NCBI GenBank assembly: GCA_016181765.1
Contig: JACOYR010000001.1
Span: forward strand, 16,847-80,846
Length of the DNA: 64,000 nucleotides
Direction of reading: 5' to 3'
Source: Parcubacteria group bacterium
Lineage (GTDB): Bacteria > Patescibacteriota > Patescibacteriia > UBA2169
Numbering within the stretch: the first letter of the stretch is position 1; each line of letters starts with the position of its first letter. Shown here piece after piece: positions 38,497 through 48,876 of this stretch. The notes below the pieces were generated by a model. The model was not told where the DNA came from. It saw only the letters and a list, made by a program, of their open reading frames with translations, and made no database searches. The position numbers and the translations under genes were made by a program.

Positions 38497-39240
38497 TTAC
38501 CGCCAGTTGCGCGAGCTAATGGCCTGGACGTTGAGGTACACGGAAAGGCCGGTGAATGAGAGGTAGTAGATGACGTCCCGCGTGTCCACCACCCCGCGCG
38601 AGAGCGTATCAAAGTGGGAGGCTGTGGAGAGGAACTGCAGCACCGCGGCCACGGGGCCGGACACGAACCCGAGCACCTGGTTGGAACCCATGATAAAGAG
38701 TACAAACATCACGGACAAGCTCACCAGGAACGCCACAATCTGGTTGCGCGTGAATGATGACGCCAAGAGCCCGAGCGAGAGGTACGCACTACCGAGGAGG
38801 AGCGCGCCCAGGTACCCGGTGACAACCACCCCGGTATCAATGTCCCCGAGCCAGCCAATGGTTGCGGGAAGGGTGAAAGAAAAGGCGAGCACCAAGGCGA
38901 GGAACGCAAAGCTGGACAAAAATTTTGCAAGCACCACCTCAAAGTCGCGGATGGGCAAGGTGAGCAGAAACTCCACGGTGTTGCTCTTTTTCTCCTCGGC
39001 CCAGCTGCGCATGGTAATGGCCGGCGCGAGGAGGAGGAACACCCAGGGCAGGAGCCCGAACCACTGCCGCATGACTGCCTGGTCCGTAAGGAAAAAACTC
39101 TGGAAAAACAGCCAGTTGGTGGCCACCAAAAACACGGCCGCGAAAATATAGGCAATGGGACTTCCGAGGTAGCTCGCAAATTCCCGCCTGAAAATAGGGG
39201 TGATGTTTGAGATGCTTGAGGTGATGGCTGTTAGTTTCAT
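38497..39240 (-). CDS. ABC-2 permease (GldF-like)
   Basis: REFASYLGSPIAY, PAITMRSWAEEKK, TRNQIVA. Confidence 0.9.
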   Translation of the reverse strand: MKLTAITSSISNITPIFRREFASYLGSPIAYIFAAVFLVATNWLFFQSFFLTDQAVMRQWFGLLPWVFLLLAPAITMRSWAEEKKSNTVEFLLTLPIRDFEVVLAKFLSSFAFLALVLAFSFTLPATIGWLGDIDTGVVVTGYLGALLLGSAYLSLGLLASSFTRNQIVAFLVSLSVMFVLFIMGSNQVLGFVSGPVAAVLQFLSTASHFDTLSRGVVDTRDVIYYLSFTGLSVYLNVQAISSRNWR

Positions 39241-40160
39241 ACCGTCAATCTCCTGAACACGTCCTCCAAGTTCTCGTGCTTCTTGTACATTTCCAGCAGG
39301 GTCCACTTGTTGGACACGGCTGACTTAAAAATCAACTCCCTGCCGTCCCCTTCCGTAATCTCAACCCCGAACGCGTAGATGTCCCTGCCCTCGCCCGCAT
39401 ATTCTCTGATGGCGCCCACGGTGCGGTACTCGGAAAGCATCTGCCGCACCAGGCCGCGGTCGCCCTTGAACTTGATGTAAATGACCTCGCGGTTAGAGCC
39501 GAGGGTGAGCTCATCCGCCGTGCCCTGGGCAACGATTTTCCCATTGTTGATGATGACCACGCGCGAGCATGTCGCCGTAACCTCCGGCAGGATGTGGGTT
39601 GAGAGGATGACGGTCTTCTCTTTTCCGATCTGCTTGATGAGATCGCGGATCTCAACGATCTGGTTCGGGTCCAATCCGCTCGTGGGCTCATCCAGGATGA
39701 GGATGTCCGGGTTGTGCATCATGGCCTGCGCCAAGCCCGCGCGCTGGCGGTACCCCTTGGAAAGCGCGTCAATGGATTTTGAGTACACGCTCCCCAAGCC
39801 GCACACGTCAACCATGCGCCGGATGGCGGTACCTCGCTTGGCTTTGGGAATCCTGCGGGCGGCTGCCACAAACGCCAGATACTCGTGCACGCGCATGTCC
39901 GTGTACAGAGGATTGGTTTCGGGCAGATACCCGATGCGGCTGCGGATTTCAAACGAGCTGTCCACCACGTCCAACCCGTCCACCATGGCAGTGCCGGACG
40001 TGGGCGCAATAAAGCCGGTGATGATCTTTAAGGTCGTGGACTTTCCGGCTCCGTTCGGGCCCAAAAAACCCAGGACTTCCCCGGTCCGCACCTCAAAGTT
40101 CACGTTATCCAAGGCGCGGGTAGGGCCGTAGGTTTTGGTGAGATTTTGTATCTGGATCAT
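39237..40160 (-). CDS. ABC ATP-binding protein (GldA-like)
   Basis: GPNGAGKST, LSKGYRQR, LDEPTSGLDPNQ. Confidence 0.93.
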   Translation of the reverse strand: MIQIQNLTKTYGPTRALDNVNFEVRTGEVLGFLGPNGAGKSTTLKIITGFIAPTSGTAMVDGLDVVDSSFEIRSRIGYLPETNPLYTDMRVHEYLAFVAAARRIPKAKRGTAIRRMVDVCGLGSVYSKSIDALSKGYRQRAGLAQAMMHNPDILILDEPTSGLDPNQIVEIRDLIKQIGKEKTVILSTHILPEVTATCSRVVIINNGKIVAQGTADELTLGSNREVIYIKFKGDRGLVRQMLSEYRTVGAIREYAGEGRDIYAFGVEITEGDGRELIFKSAVSNKWTLLEMYKKHENLEDVFRRLTV

Positions 40161-40218
40161 ACTGAAAAAACGACATCTTTTGGGATGTCATTATAGCATA
40201 CCTTGCCCGGCAATCAAG

Positions 40219-40458
40219 CTACCCGAACAGGTCAAAAAACAGGTCAAACTTTTTGGCGAACCGCCGGATTTTGTAGGCCGCCGCAATGGAGCCCAAACCC
40301 ATGAGGATGAACGCGAACGCGAAAAACAGGATCAGGAGCTGTGGGTACATCACAATGAGGAGCCCCAGGAAAACCATGACCCCGCCCTGCACCACCAACT
40401 GCCACGCCAATGCGTGCGTGGAGTGCTTTGCTTCTTTTATGAAATGGATTCGTTCCAT
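40219..40458 (-). CDS. Small two-TM hypothetical protein
   Basis: Hydrophobic ORF with TATAAT 6 nt before ATG. Confidence 0.65.
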   Translation of the reverse strand: MERIHFIKEAKHSTHALAWQLVVQGGVMVFLGLLIVMYPQLLILFFAFAFILMGLGSIAAAYKIRRFAKKFDLFFDLFG

Positions 40459-40490
40459 GCGATTATTATACCATATAACTCGTCTTTTTC

Positions 40491-41486
40491 CTACAAACTC
40501 TGCATCAGCTCGCGGAACACCTTGTCCGCTTTTTTGCGCTCAACCACGATATCGTTCAATGCCGCGAGTATGGGCAGTTTGAGCCGCTCTTTTGCCGCAA
40601 TCTGGTGCAGGCTCTCAATGGCAGAGAGGCCTTCCACGGTTTCCCCAACTTTTGAGAGGGCCGCGGTTATGGTCTTGCCTTTCCCGATGAGCTCGCCGAA
40701 GGCCCGGTTGCGGCTCTCCGGGGACAGGCATGTTGCCAGGGCATCCCCGAATCCGGCAAGGCCGTACACCGTCTCCTCGGATCCGCCCATCTTCCAGATG
40801 AGGCGCGAGAGCTCGCGGAACCCCTCGGTAAGGATCCACGCGTACGTGTTGTACCCGTACCCCATGCCCGCCATGATGCCGGATGCCACGGCGAGCGCGT
40901 TTTTGGCAACCCCGGAAAGCGCGACCCCGGCCATGTCCCGCGTTTCCACAACCTTAAACCAATCATTGGAAAACGCGTCCAACGCGCGCCGCGAATACTC
41001 ATTGGAGCGCTCCGAGGCGAGCGTTGCGGCCGTGGGCTTTTTGAGGGCGATTTCCCGCGCAAACGTGGGGCCGGACAAAAGCATGGTCTGGTGCCGAAAC
41101 GCGCTTCCCAGCTCTTCCAAAATGATCTCGGGCATGGTTTTGAAACTCTTGGGTTCAAGACCCTTGGCAACACAGACAATCACGCAGTTGCGCGCAATCG
41201 CGTCCTTGATGCGCCCGGCAACTTCCCGCACCGCGCTTGATGCCACGGCCACCACAACCATGTCCCGGCTCGCCACGGCTCTCGCGATGTTGGCTTCGGC
41301 TTTGATGGCGTTCTCAAGCCCAAGCTCGGAAAGGGAGCGCGGGTTCTTGTGGAACCGGTTGATGCCATCGCAAACGTCCCGCTCTATGTCCCAAAGCGTA
41401 ACTTTGTACCTGTTTTCGGCAAGCACGGTCGCGAGGGCCGTGCCCATGGCGCCTGCGCCTAAAATTGTTGCGGAAGCTTGAGGCAT
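40491..41486 (-). CDS. gpsA: NAD(P)H-dependent glycerol-3-phosphate dehydrogenase
   Basis: GAGAMG, AKGLE, SGPTFARE, KNALA, GLAGFGD...TC...SRN, VEG. Confidence 0.92.
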   Translation of the reverse strand: MPQASATILGAGAMGTALATVLAENRYKVTLWDIERDVCDGINRFHKNPRSLSELGLENAIKAEANIARAVASRDMVVVAVASSAVREVAGRIKDAIARNCVIVCVAKGLEPKSFKTMPEIILEELGSAFRHQTMLLSGPTFAREIALKKPTAATLASERSNEYSRRALDAFSNDWFKVVETRDMAGVALSGVAKNALAVASGIMAGMGYGYNTYAWILTEGFRELSRLIWKMGGSEETVYGLAGFGDALATCLSPESRNRAFGELIGKGKTITAALSKVGETVEGLSAIESLHQIAAKERLKLPILAALNDIVVERKKADKVFRELMQSL

Positions 41487-42136
41487 TGTACTGCGGTTAC
41501 TACTTCATCCGTAAATATATCACTGATGCCCGCGTTTTGGAAGTACCGGATGCCGTCCTCGCGGTTCAAGACCCCGCCATACACCTTAAACCCCTGGTTT
41601 TGGAACCGCTCCTTGAGCGCCGCGAGGCGGCGCAAGGGAACCATCCGGCGGAAGAGCGGCTCGCTGCCGGGTATGCCGTCCAGCCACCCGATGTACACGG
41701 CATGGCTTGGGCGGGGCTTTCTGACATAGGACCACGCCGGGAGCGAGAGAATTTGGTCCACTTTGAGTTTTGGAAAATCCGCTTGCGCCCTGATAGCGGT
41801 TTTAAGGTTGTACGCGAACCCGATGAGGTGCACGCGCTCCCAGACATCCAGGCTGCTGATGCGGCGGGCAACATGCGCCAAAAGCTCTGCTGATGAGTCT
41901 TTGAGCTCCAAAAAAAACGGCGCAGGTTCTTTGTGCGCGATGTACGCAAACAGATCATCCAGGGTGATGAGGCCCTGTGAACTTTTGGCCGGGTCGTGCG
42001 AAACAACGGCCTGCCCATCGCCCGCAATGCGGACATCGGTTTCTATGGCATCCGCTCCCGCGCTAAAAGCCGCGTCAAATGCCGCGAACGTGTTTTCCGG
42101 ATGCTCTTTTGCGTATCCCCGGTGGCTGATAATCAT
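41459..42136 (-). CDS. Glycerophosphodiester phosphodiesterase
   Basis: ISHRG...PENT, IETDV, SHD, LELK, IFTD. Confidence 0.88.
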   Translation of the reverse strand: MIISHRGYAKEHPENTFAAFDAAFSAGADAIETDVRIAGDGQAVVSHDPAKSSQGLITLDDLFAYIAHKEPAPFFLELKDSSAELLAHVARRISSLDVWERVHLIGFAYNLKTAIRAQADFPKLKVDQILSLPAWSYVRKPRPSHAVYIGWLDGIPGSEPLFRRMVPLRRLAALKERFQNQGFKVYGGVLNREDGIRYFQNAGISDIFTDEVVTAVQCLKLPQQF

Positions 42137-42137
42137 A

Positions 42138-43547
42138 CTATAGTTCAACACTGTTTCCCCGCCTGGGTGAGGCAACCGAAACAGGCGGCAGTGTGCGGTT
42201 GACCAGATCAGTAAACGTAGCCATGGCCCGCGCTTCCCCGTGCACCAGAAACAGTTTTGAGAGGCCGCGCACGGACGCGATGTACTCCAGGAGCTCGGCT
42301 TGGTCCGCGTGCGCGGACAGGGCGTGCGCGGTTTCCACGCGCGCTTTTACGTCATACGTCCGGTTAAAAATGCGCACCGGCGAAACCCCGTCCTGGATGC
42401 GCCTGCCCAGCGTGTTCTCGGCTTGGTATCCGGTGATGAGGATGGCGTTGTTGGGATGAGTGATGCTGTTCTTGAGGTGATGGAGCACGCGTCCCGCCTC
42501 CATCATGCCGCTTGCCGATATGACCATCAGGGGGCCGCCCATTTCGTTGAGGCGCTTTGACTCTTCCGTGGTTACGGCATAGGATAAGCCCTCAAACATC
42601 AGGGGCACATCTTTTTCCGGATCAAAATCTTTCCAGGTTTGGTTATCAAACACATTGCGGTGCTTCTTAAATATCTCAGTGACGCGGGCCGCCAAGGGGC
42701 TGTCCAAATACACCGGAATCCGGGGAAACCCCTTGATGTGGAACATCTGGTGCAGGAGGTAGATGAGTTCCTGGGTGCGGCCTAAAGCGAACGCGGGCAC
42801 AATGATTTTTGATTGGCGCTTGATGGCGCGCTCTATGAGTTCGGCTACGATTTTCTCGGTTTTAGCCTGCGGCTCGTGCACGCGGTCCCCGTACGTCGCT
42901 TCCGATAAAAGGATGTCCACGTTCTCCCGGATGGGGTCGGGATCGCGCAAGATGGGCGCGTTCTTCCGGCCCAAATCCCCGGTAAAGGCGAGCGTCTTGG
43001 TACGGCCAGACTCTTTGATTTCTATCACCGCAACCGCAGACCCCAGGATGTGGCCCGCATCATACATTTTGAACCTGACTGAATCGGATAATGATGTCCA
43101 GCCCCCGCCGAGATGGACGTACTCTGCGGGTTTGAATTGCCGCATGGTTGCCGCGACATCGTCCTGCGTGTACAGCGGCTCAATGGGGTTCTGATTTTTC
43201 TGCAAGTGGCGATTCAAGTACTCGGTGTCCGACTCCTGGATGTGCGCCGCATCAAGCAGCATGGCTTCGGCCACGTCTATGGTCGCGGGTGTTGCGTAAA
43301 TCGGACCGTCAAAACCCTGCTTCACGAGGAGCGGGAGCAGGCCGCAGTGGTCCAGGTGCGCGTGCGAGAGGATGGCCGCGCCTATTGACGAAGCAACCAT
43401 GGGAAAAGTGCGGTTCAGCCTCTCGGCCTCGGAACGGTGGCCCTGGTGGAACCCGCAGTCAAGTAAGAGCCGAAAACCGCCTTCAGTTTCTATGAGGTGT
43501 TTGGATCCGGTGACGTTTTGCGCTGCCCCGTGGAACGTAATTCGCAT
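42138..43547 (-). CDS. MBL-fold beta-CASP RNA-processing hydrolase
   Basis: VTGSKH, SHAHLDH, AGHILGS, EATYG, PAFALGRTQ, SAHAD, LVHGE. Confidence 0.93.
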   Translation of the reverse strand: MRITFHGAAQNVTGSKHLIETEGGFRLLLDCGFHQGHRSEAERLNRTFPMVASSIGAAILSHAHLDHCGLLPLLVKQGFDGPIYATPATIDVAEAMLLDAAHIQESDTEYLNRHLQKNQNPIEPLYTQDDVAATMRQFKPAEYVHLGGGWTSLSDSVRFKMYDAGHILGSAVAVIEIKESGRTKTLAFTGDLGRKNAPILRDPDPIRENVDILLSEATYGDRVHEPQAKTEKIVAELIERAIKRQSKIIVPAFALGRTQELIYLLHQMFHIKGFPRIPVYLDSPLAARVTEIFKKHRNVFDNQTWKDFDPEKDVPLMFEGLSYAVTTEESKRLNEMGGPLMVISASGMMEAGRVLHHLKNSITHPNNAILITGYQAENTLGRRIQDGVSPVRIFNRTYDVKARVETAHALSAHADQAELLEYIASVRGLSKLFLVHGEARAMATFTDLVNRTLPPVSVASPRRGNSVEL

Positions 43548-43588
43548 ATGCGTGTAGTGTACCAAGTTTAGTGCTATACTGAAAGCAT

Positions 43589-44245
43589 ATGAAGCTACCC
43601 TACAAAATCAATCCAAAATTGGAGGCGCTGACCCTCCTCGTGCTCCTTGGGGCGTCTGTTGCGGCATTCTACTTCTATACGAACTTCCCGCCGGAAGTGG
43701 CAACGCACTGGAACTTCCAGGGAGAGGCGGACGGATTTTCGGGCCGCGCGTTTGCCGCGTTCTTTTTCCCGGCGCTCGCGTGGGCCATCTATCTGCTCAT
43801 CACGTTCCTGCCGCTCATTGACCCGAAGCGCGACCGGTACAAAGAGTTCTCGGGCGCGTACAATGCCATGCGCTTGCTGGTGGTTGTGGTGCTTACGGTG
43901 CTGTATGCGACTGCCTCGGCAAACGGCATCGGGTACAACATTCCAGTGGGCACGGTTACGCCCATATTAGTCGGAATTATGTTTGTGGCGTTGGGAACAC
44001 TCATGCCCCGCATCAAGCGCAACTGGTTTTTTGGCATCCGCACGCCCTGGACCCTTTCCTCGGAAACCGTGTGGGCCGAAACCCACCGCGTGGGCGCCGT
44101 GCTCTTTGCGCTCGCGGGCGCGGCCTTTATCATCATCCCGTTTCTGCCTAACACTTTTGCGCTGCCGCTCTTTATCGCGGTGCTGGTACTGCTCCTGGTG
44201 AACACGGTTGGCTACTCCTGGTGGGTGTGGCGGAAACTGCAGTAG
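43589..44245 (+). CDS. SdpI-family immunity membrane protein
   Basis: VATHWNFQGEADG, NWFFGIRTPWTLSSETVWAETHR. Confidence 0.9.
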   Translation: MKLPYKINPKLEALTLLVLLGASVAAFYFYTNFPPEVATHWNFQGEADGFSGRAFAAFFFPALAWAIYLLITFLPLIDPKRDRYKEFSGAYNAMRLLVVVVLTVLYATASANGIGYNIPVGTVTPILVGIMFVALGTLMPRIKRNWFFGIRTPWTLSSETVWAETHRVGAVLFALAGAAFIIIPFLPNTFALPLFIAVLVLLLVNTVGYSWWVWRKLQ

Positions 44246-44307
44246 GCGCGGTCGCGCGCCAAGAACGCCGCCGCGTCCGCCTGGCTGTGGGGGAGTATGC
44301 TGTATGC

Positions 44308-44538
44308 TTATTCAAACTCCGGCAAGGGAATTCCTTTTTCGCGCAAACGATTAACAATGTCGGCGCGCTCTTTGCGTTCTGATTCGCTCAACTGGGTTTG
44401 CCTGCTGGTTTCACCAAGCGCAACCAAACGCTCTGCGTCTTTCTGGTCCGCGCCAAGGATCTGTAAAAGCCTGATAGTTTCTATGGTACCCAGGTTGTGC
44501 AAGTACTGGGCAGTCAATTCGTGGGGCTCGCCTTCCAT
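44308..44538 (-). CDS. Hypothetical protein
   Basis: 76-aa ORF with TATGAT 7 nt before ATG. Confidence 0.45.
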   Translation of the reverse strand: MEGEPHELTAQYLHNLGTIETIRLLQILGADQKDAERLVALGETSRQTQLSESERKERADIVNRLREKGIPLPEFE

Positions 44539-44598
44539 ATTCTCCATCATACCAAAAAGCGGCCCTGGGGGAAAGGCCGCTCTCTGGGGGGTTGGTAC

Positions 44599-45444
44599 CT
44601 ATTCAACCTTCTTCTCAAACAATTTCCACTGTCCGCCGCGGTGCATGCCTGCCGCGCCGCCCGGGCCTCCAGGGAACGGGCCTTCGCCTTCCACGAACTT
44701 CATCACCGGCTCATCCGCCACGTTCACGCCGAGCGTTACCTGCTGGCCTTCCGCGTTGGTGTAGCGCAGGAATTTGGCGGGCTGCATCTCTTCCATATCA
44801 GCCTCGTGCTCCTCTATCTTGGCTTGAATTTCCTCGGGAAGGTTCTCAAGGTCCTCGGCGGAATGACGCATCATCTTAAACCCGAACGCGCGCCCGGCCT
44901 TGCCCATAAATCCGGGGATGGGCATCTCGTCCGCACTCACCACTTCAAGGTCCGAAGCTGCCTGCGCCTCGGCCAGCGAATCCGCAAGGGATGCTTTCAT
45001 CTGCGCGTGCATGGCCTCGCGCTCTTCATCCGAAATCTCCATCATGCCGCGGAACAAGCCCGCCTCGCCGGGCTCCCTAAAGTGCACGCGGTCAGCGAAC
45101 TTAACCTCTAAATCAGCTTTTTCCTCGTCCGTGAGGTTGATGAAGCGCGCAAACATGCGCTTTACGGAATCCTGGGCCTGGGCCTGCGCAACTTCGGAAG
45201 CGCTGGGGCCCAAAACGCCGGCAGCCACGACCAGGCCGAACACGCCGAGCGTGGCTGCGAGGGTGCTCTTTTTGCCTAATGACATAGTGTGTACCGTATC
45301 ATTAATAATGTGGCCAAACGAACGCACGCTGGAGCGGTGTTCATGCGCGGTAAGCAACGCCACCTTGAGGCGGCGCTTATGGCTTTCCATGCGCGCGACT
45401 TGCGGTTTCGCAAGGTTTTCAAATGGATGGTTCTCCGTGTGCAT
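44599..45444 (-). CDS. Putative membrane-anchored anti-sigma factor
   Basis: Directly downstream of ECF sigma; short cytoplasmic N-terminus, one TM, periplasmic helical region. Confidence 0.55.
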   Translation of the reverse strand: MHTENHPFENLAKPQVARMESHKRRLKVALLTAHEHRSSVRSFGHIINDTVHTMSLGKKSTLAATLGVFGLVVAAGVLGPSASEVAQAQAQDSVKRMFARFINLTDEEKADLEVKFADRVHFREPGEAGLFRGMMEISDEEREAMHAQMKASLADSLAEAQAASDLEVVSADEMPIPGFMGKAGRAFGFKMMRHSAEDLENLPEEIQAKIEEHEADMEEMQPAKFLRYTNAEGQQVTLGVNVADEPVMKFVEGEGPFPGGPGGAAGMHRGGQWKLFEKKVE

Positions 45445-45448
45445 ACGT

Positions 45449-46105
45449 TTAGCTCTCTTTGGGCGCGGGACTAATCGCGCCTTCTGCATCTACAACGCGG
45501 CCGTCCTCTTTTGGTTGCGCGACAGCGCCCGCCGATGAGGCGGGCATCTTCTTGTGAAGCAGGGCGGTACCGCGGGACAATAATGACTTGACGGTTCCCT
45601 CCCGCTTTCCCAAAATTGACGCAATCTCTGATATCTTTTTATCTTCAAAATACCGGAGTGATAATACTTCCTGGTATTTTTCCGGAAGTTTGCGCAGGGC
45701 CGCGTGCGCGAGCTTCCACGATTGCGCGCGCTCCAGCTCCTCTTCCTGCTCCATCAATTCCCGCGCCAGATCGCGCTCATCGGCAAGCTCAATGCCGGAT
45801 TTTTCAAGCAGGGCCTCCAGCGAGTAGTGGCGCTTTTTGGCGGCGCGGAAATACTGGTTGATTTCGTTGGTCGCGATCCGGTAGAGCCAGGATGAAATTG
45901 AGATGCCGCGCCACTTGAATTGCCACAGCCTGTCCAAGGCTTTGAAAAACGTTTCAGACGCGATGTCCTGGGCCGCATGCACGTTGCCCGTGCGCTTTAA
46001 GATGTATCCGAAAATGGGCTCATAGTACTCGTCAAAAACCGCCCCGAACGCTTGGGGGTCTTTTTGCGCTTGTGTGATGAGTTGCTTTTCTTGTTGCTTG
46101 TCCAT
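45449..46105 (-). CDS. ECF RNA polymerase sigma factor
   Basis: AQDIASETF, SWLYRIATN, LPEKYQEVLSLRY, EIASILG...GTVKS. Confidence 0.93.
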   Translation of the reverse strand: MDKQQEKQLITQAQKDPQAFGAVFDEYYEPIFGYILKRTGNVHAAQDIASETFFKALDRLWQFKWRGISISSWLYRIATNEINQYFRAAKKRHYSLEALLEKSGIELADERDLARELMEQEEELERAQSWKLAHAALRKLPEKYQEVLSLRYFEDKKISEIASILGKREGTVKSLLSRGTALLHKKMPASSAGAVAQPKEDGRVVDAEGAISPAPKES

Positions 46106-46302
46106 ACAGTTCCCCCTCCTTTCATAAGGAGGGGGCTAGGGGGTGGTGAGAGGGTCAGTCAATCAAAAATCCGCGTCTAGTATACTATAACGCGGGGGTG
46201 GCGGAAAGGTTGCATTGCGCTTTTGTGATTTTTCTGGTATAACGGAGTGGCCCAACTATTTCGGAATTTCCACCCTCCGAGCCGCAGGAGGCGGCAGACG
46301 AG

Positions 46303-46527
46303 ATGACGAAAGAAGCGCTCTTTACTGGTTTGTTCCTGGGGGGACCCGCAATCGTGTTCACGGTCTATGTGTTGATCGCGAATCCGAGCATTGATCGCGC
46401 GGTCGTGGGACTCGTGCTGTGCATGGTTTGGGCGGTTGCCTGGAACGCCACGCTCCTGTCCCCAGGGCCGTTTTCACTGCCGCCGCAACCGCACATGAGG
46501 AATACGTCGGAACAGACGTCAGAGTAG
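46303..46527 (+). CDS. Orphan small two-TM protein (cassette)
   Basis: SD AGGAGG, upstream TATAAC, terminator CCCCCGCAG...CTGCGGGGG at ~46567-46606. Confidence 0.55.
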   Translation: MTKEALFTGLFLGGPAIVFTVYVLIANPSIDRAVVGLVLCMVWAVAWNATLLSPGPFSLPPQPHMRNTSEQTSE

Positions 46528-46786
46528 CGCCCGCAAGCGCGTAACAACAACGCGCGCGTTCCACGACCCCCCGCAGGCTCAACTAGCTGCGGGGGGTATT
46601 TATTTTGCAAAAAAGACCACTTAAAAATACGGCAAAATACGGCTCAACCCCCTCCAAAGCCCTGGGAGCCTTGCGGCTCATTTACACCATTTGAGCCGCA
46701 CCTGCGGCTCACGATGCACGGAGATGAGCCACAACCCAGAGAACCAACTCGTCGCGGCGGCAGCTGGGGCGCCGCTCTCTTCGGCG

Positions 46787-47086
46787 TTATGCCAACTCTT
46801 TCATCTTGCCGGTTGAGTACTGGTGCAGAACGGACGACACCAGTGTCTGGTAGGGCAAACCCTTCTCCTGCGCCCGCACTTTCAGCGCGTGTAAATCCCG
46901 CTCCGAGATGCGGATGTTGATGTTGCGCTTCTTGATCAGCGTTGCGCGCGCGGCGGCCACGAGCTTCTGCTTTTCTTCTTCAAGATTGGGCACGCTCTTA
47001 AACTCGCCTCTGTTATAGGCGTCCAGAAGTTCCTTCTCTTCCCTATCTAATGATTCGTAATATTTTTCCTCTAGATCCTGTGGCAT
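46787..47086 (-). CDS. BrnA/CopG-like antitoxin
   Basis: INIRISERDLHALKVRAQEKGLPYQTLVSSVLHQY. Confidence 0.85.
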   Translation of the reverse strand: MPQDLEEKYYESLDREEKELLDAYNRGEFKSVPNLEEEKQKLVAAARATLIKKRNINIRISERDLHALKVRAQEKGLPYQTLVSSVLHQYSTGKMKELA

Positions 47087-47089
47087 AGA

Positions 47090-47368
47090 TTATCTCTTAG
47101 TGATATACTTTTTTGTCGCCTTTCGGCTTGGTATGATGGTTTTTAAAAAAATTTTCTCATCATCTTCCACATACGGAACAAGGTACGCGTATCCGCCAAC
47201 TTCCACGACGAACATTTTCTGGTTGGGATACTTTTTCTGATTCAGGTGCCGAATAATGTCCAGCACCCGTTCGTTTTTATTTAGTAGCGGAACCATGTCA
47301 TCAAAACAGACTCCATGCCGAATTCTTAATTGCGAATTTTTGTCTTTGTTCCACTGGTAATCCTTCAT
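47090..47368 (-). CDS. BrnT-like (DUF4258-type) toxin
   Basis: WNKDKN..L...HGVCFD, YPNQ, YLVPY, FLKTIIPSRKATKKY. Confidence 0.85.
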   Translation of the reverse strand: MKDYQWNKDKNSQLRIRHGVCFDDMVPLLNKNERVLDIIRHLNQKKYPNQKMFVVEVGGYAYLVPYVEDDEKIFLKTIIPSRKATKKYITKR

Positions 47369-47602
47369 GTACACATAATATGACAATGTCTATATTTTGT
47401 CAATACTCCTTTTCCACAACAAAAACGCACCACTGCGCGCCTCCGTGTACCCCCATCGGCTCAAATGGTGTACATGAGCCGACTTTTAGTCTGGTGGTGA
47501 GGCGACCTGGTGGGCGATAAAAGAAAACCGCCCCATCTCGCGCGTGGCAAGACAGGGCGGGTGTGCGGCGCACTAAAAACAGACAGTGCGCGAACTATGG
47601 AG

Positions 47603-48646
47603 CTACCGACCCTCCTCCTGGGAGAGCACCTCAAGACGCTCCTCTGCATCAAGCTTGGCCTGGAGCGCCTTGTCCTGTTCGCGGAGGAGCGCCATCTGCG
47701 CTTCGGTCCGCTGGCGATACAGGTACACGATTGCGGCCTTGGAACCGGCCAGCGCGGCCTCTTCCATGGACCGGGGCACACCACGCTCTTTGCGCAACCC
47801 ATTCTCGGTCAGCCGGGGAATATCCGACAGCTCCGTGCCCAGCGCCAGCTGTTCCAGCTTCAGGAAACAGGCCGTGTCAAACTCCCAGCTCTGACCAAGG
47901 AGAAGTATGATCTCGTCGAGGCTGTCCAGGATCTCAATGAACCGATCCCGGCGCGCGAACAAGAGCATCTGCATGCGGGAGTCGCGCTCCAAGATATGGC
48001 GCATGCCCGGCAGATGCGGGGCAAGTCCATGACCCCGGTACTGTTCAAACTTCCAGCCGACCTCGCACAGGTCCATGAGAAACGCGCGGACGATTCTGGG
48101 GTAGAACCCGCGCTCCGGGTGACGGTGCGGGTAGTTCCGAATCCCGCCCCCCTCGCGGCGGAAAAACCAGAGCACCTTCCGAAACACCTCGGGCACGAAG
48201 ATGTGCTCCACCCAGGCCCATGAAGGTATGGTGGGGTGCGTTTCGTGGCTCCGGAGCCGCTCGCGCGCGAACACCTCAAACGCGTCCCGAGCGATCCGCT
48301 GGCGGATTTCCGGCCAGCTCCGGCGTTCGCCAAGAAAGAACGGCCGGGAGTCCGAATGCCAGCCCAAACCGCGCTCACCTGCCCTGTTGAAGCTCCCCGT
48401 GTCGTTGTGGCCGTCAGCCACTTCCATATACAGGCAGTCGCGCTCCACCTCTTCTTCCGCGCCCGCAACCTGCATGGTGTAGCCGCCAAGAATCAGATCA
48501 CGCTTCCTGCCTGCCTCTGTGGCCGCGCCAAACTCCTGCTTCCACTCGCGCCACAAAGTCATGCTGCTGGTGACTGAAAGGAGCGGATGGTGTCCCTCTT
48601 CTCGGGCTGGTGCCGCATCTTCGTTCGTAGGTGCGTGCGTAGCCAT
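47603..48646 (-). CDS. Orphan helical hypothetical protein (cassette)
   Basis: SD GGAGG; TTGACA upstream; terminator at ~47520-47560; ~347 aa. Confidence 0.7.
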   Translation of the reverse strand: MATHAPTNEDAAPAREEGHHPLLSVTSSMTLWREWKQEFGAATEAGRKRDLILGGYTMQVAGAEEEVERDCLYMEVADGHNDTGSFNRAGERGLGWHSDSRPFFLGERRSWPEIRQRIARDAFEVFARERLRSHETHPTIPSWAWVEHIFVPEVFRKVLWFFRREGGGIRNYPHRHPERGFYPRIVRAFLMDLCEVGWKFEQYRGHGLAPHLPGMRHILERDSRMQMLLFARRDRFIEILDSLDEIILLLGQSWEFDTACFLKLEQLALGTELSDIPRLTENGLRKERGVPRSMEEAALAGSKAAIVYLYRQRTEAQMALLREQDKALQAKLDAEERLEVLSQEEGR

Positions 48647-48876
48647 GATGGCCTCCACAAAAAAATGAACTGCATTTTACGCCGATTGACGCTCGGCGAA
48701 ACGTACCCCTAACCTACGCCCGAAACCGCATTTTGTCAATCCAAAAACCGCCCCAACGCACCCCAAAATACCCACCTCATCGGCGCCCGCCTGCCGGCGA
48801 GGCAGGGACAGGCGGCTCAACCCCTCCAAAGCCCCGGGGGCCTTGCGGCTCACGATGCCCGGAGATGAGCCACAGC

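Noticed and set aside
40135-41481. 448-aa plus-strand ORF (and similar long antisense ORFs such as 50780..51715 and 34268..35344)
   Set aside because: Overlap clear genes on the other strand; expected in GC-rich coding DNA; no motifs.
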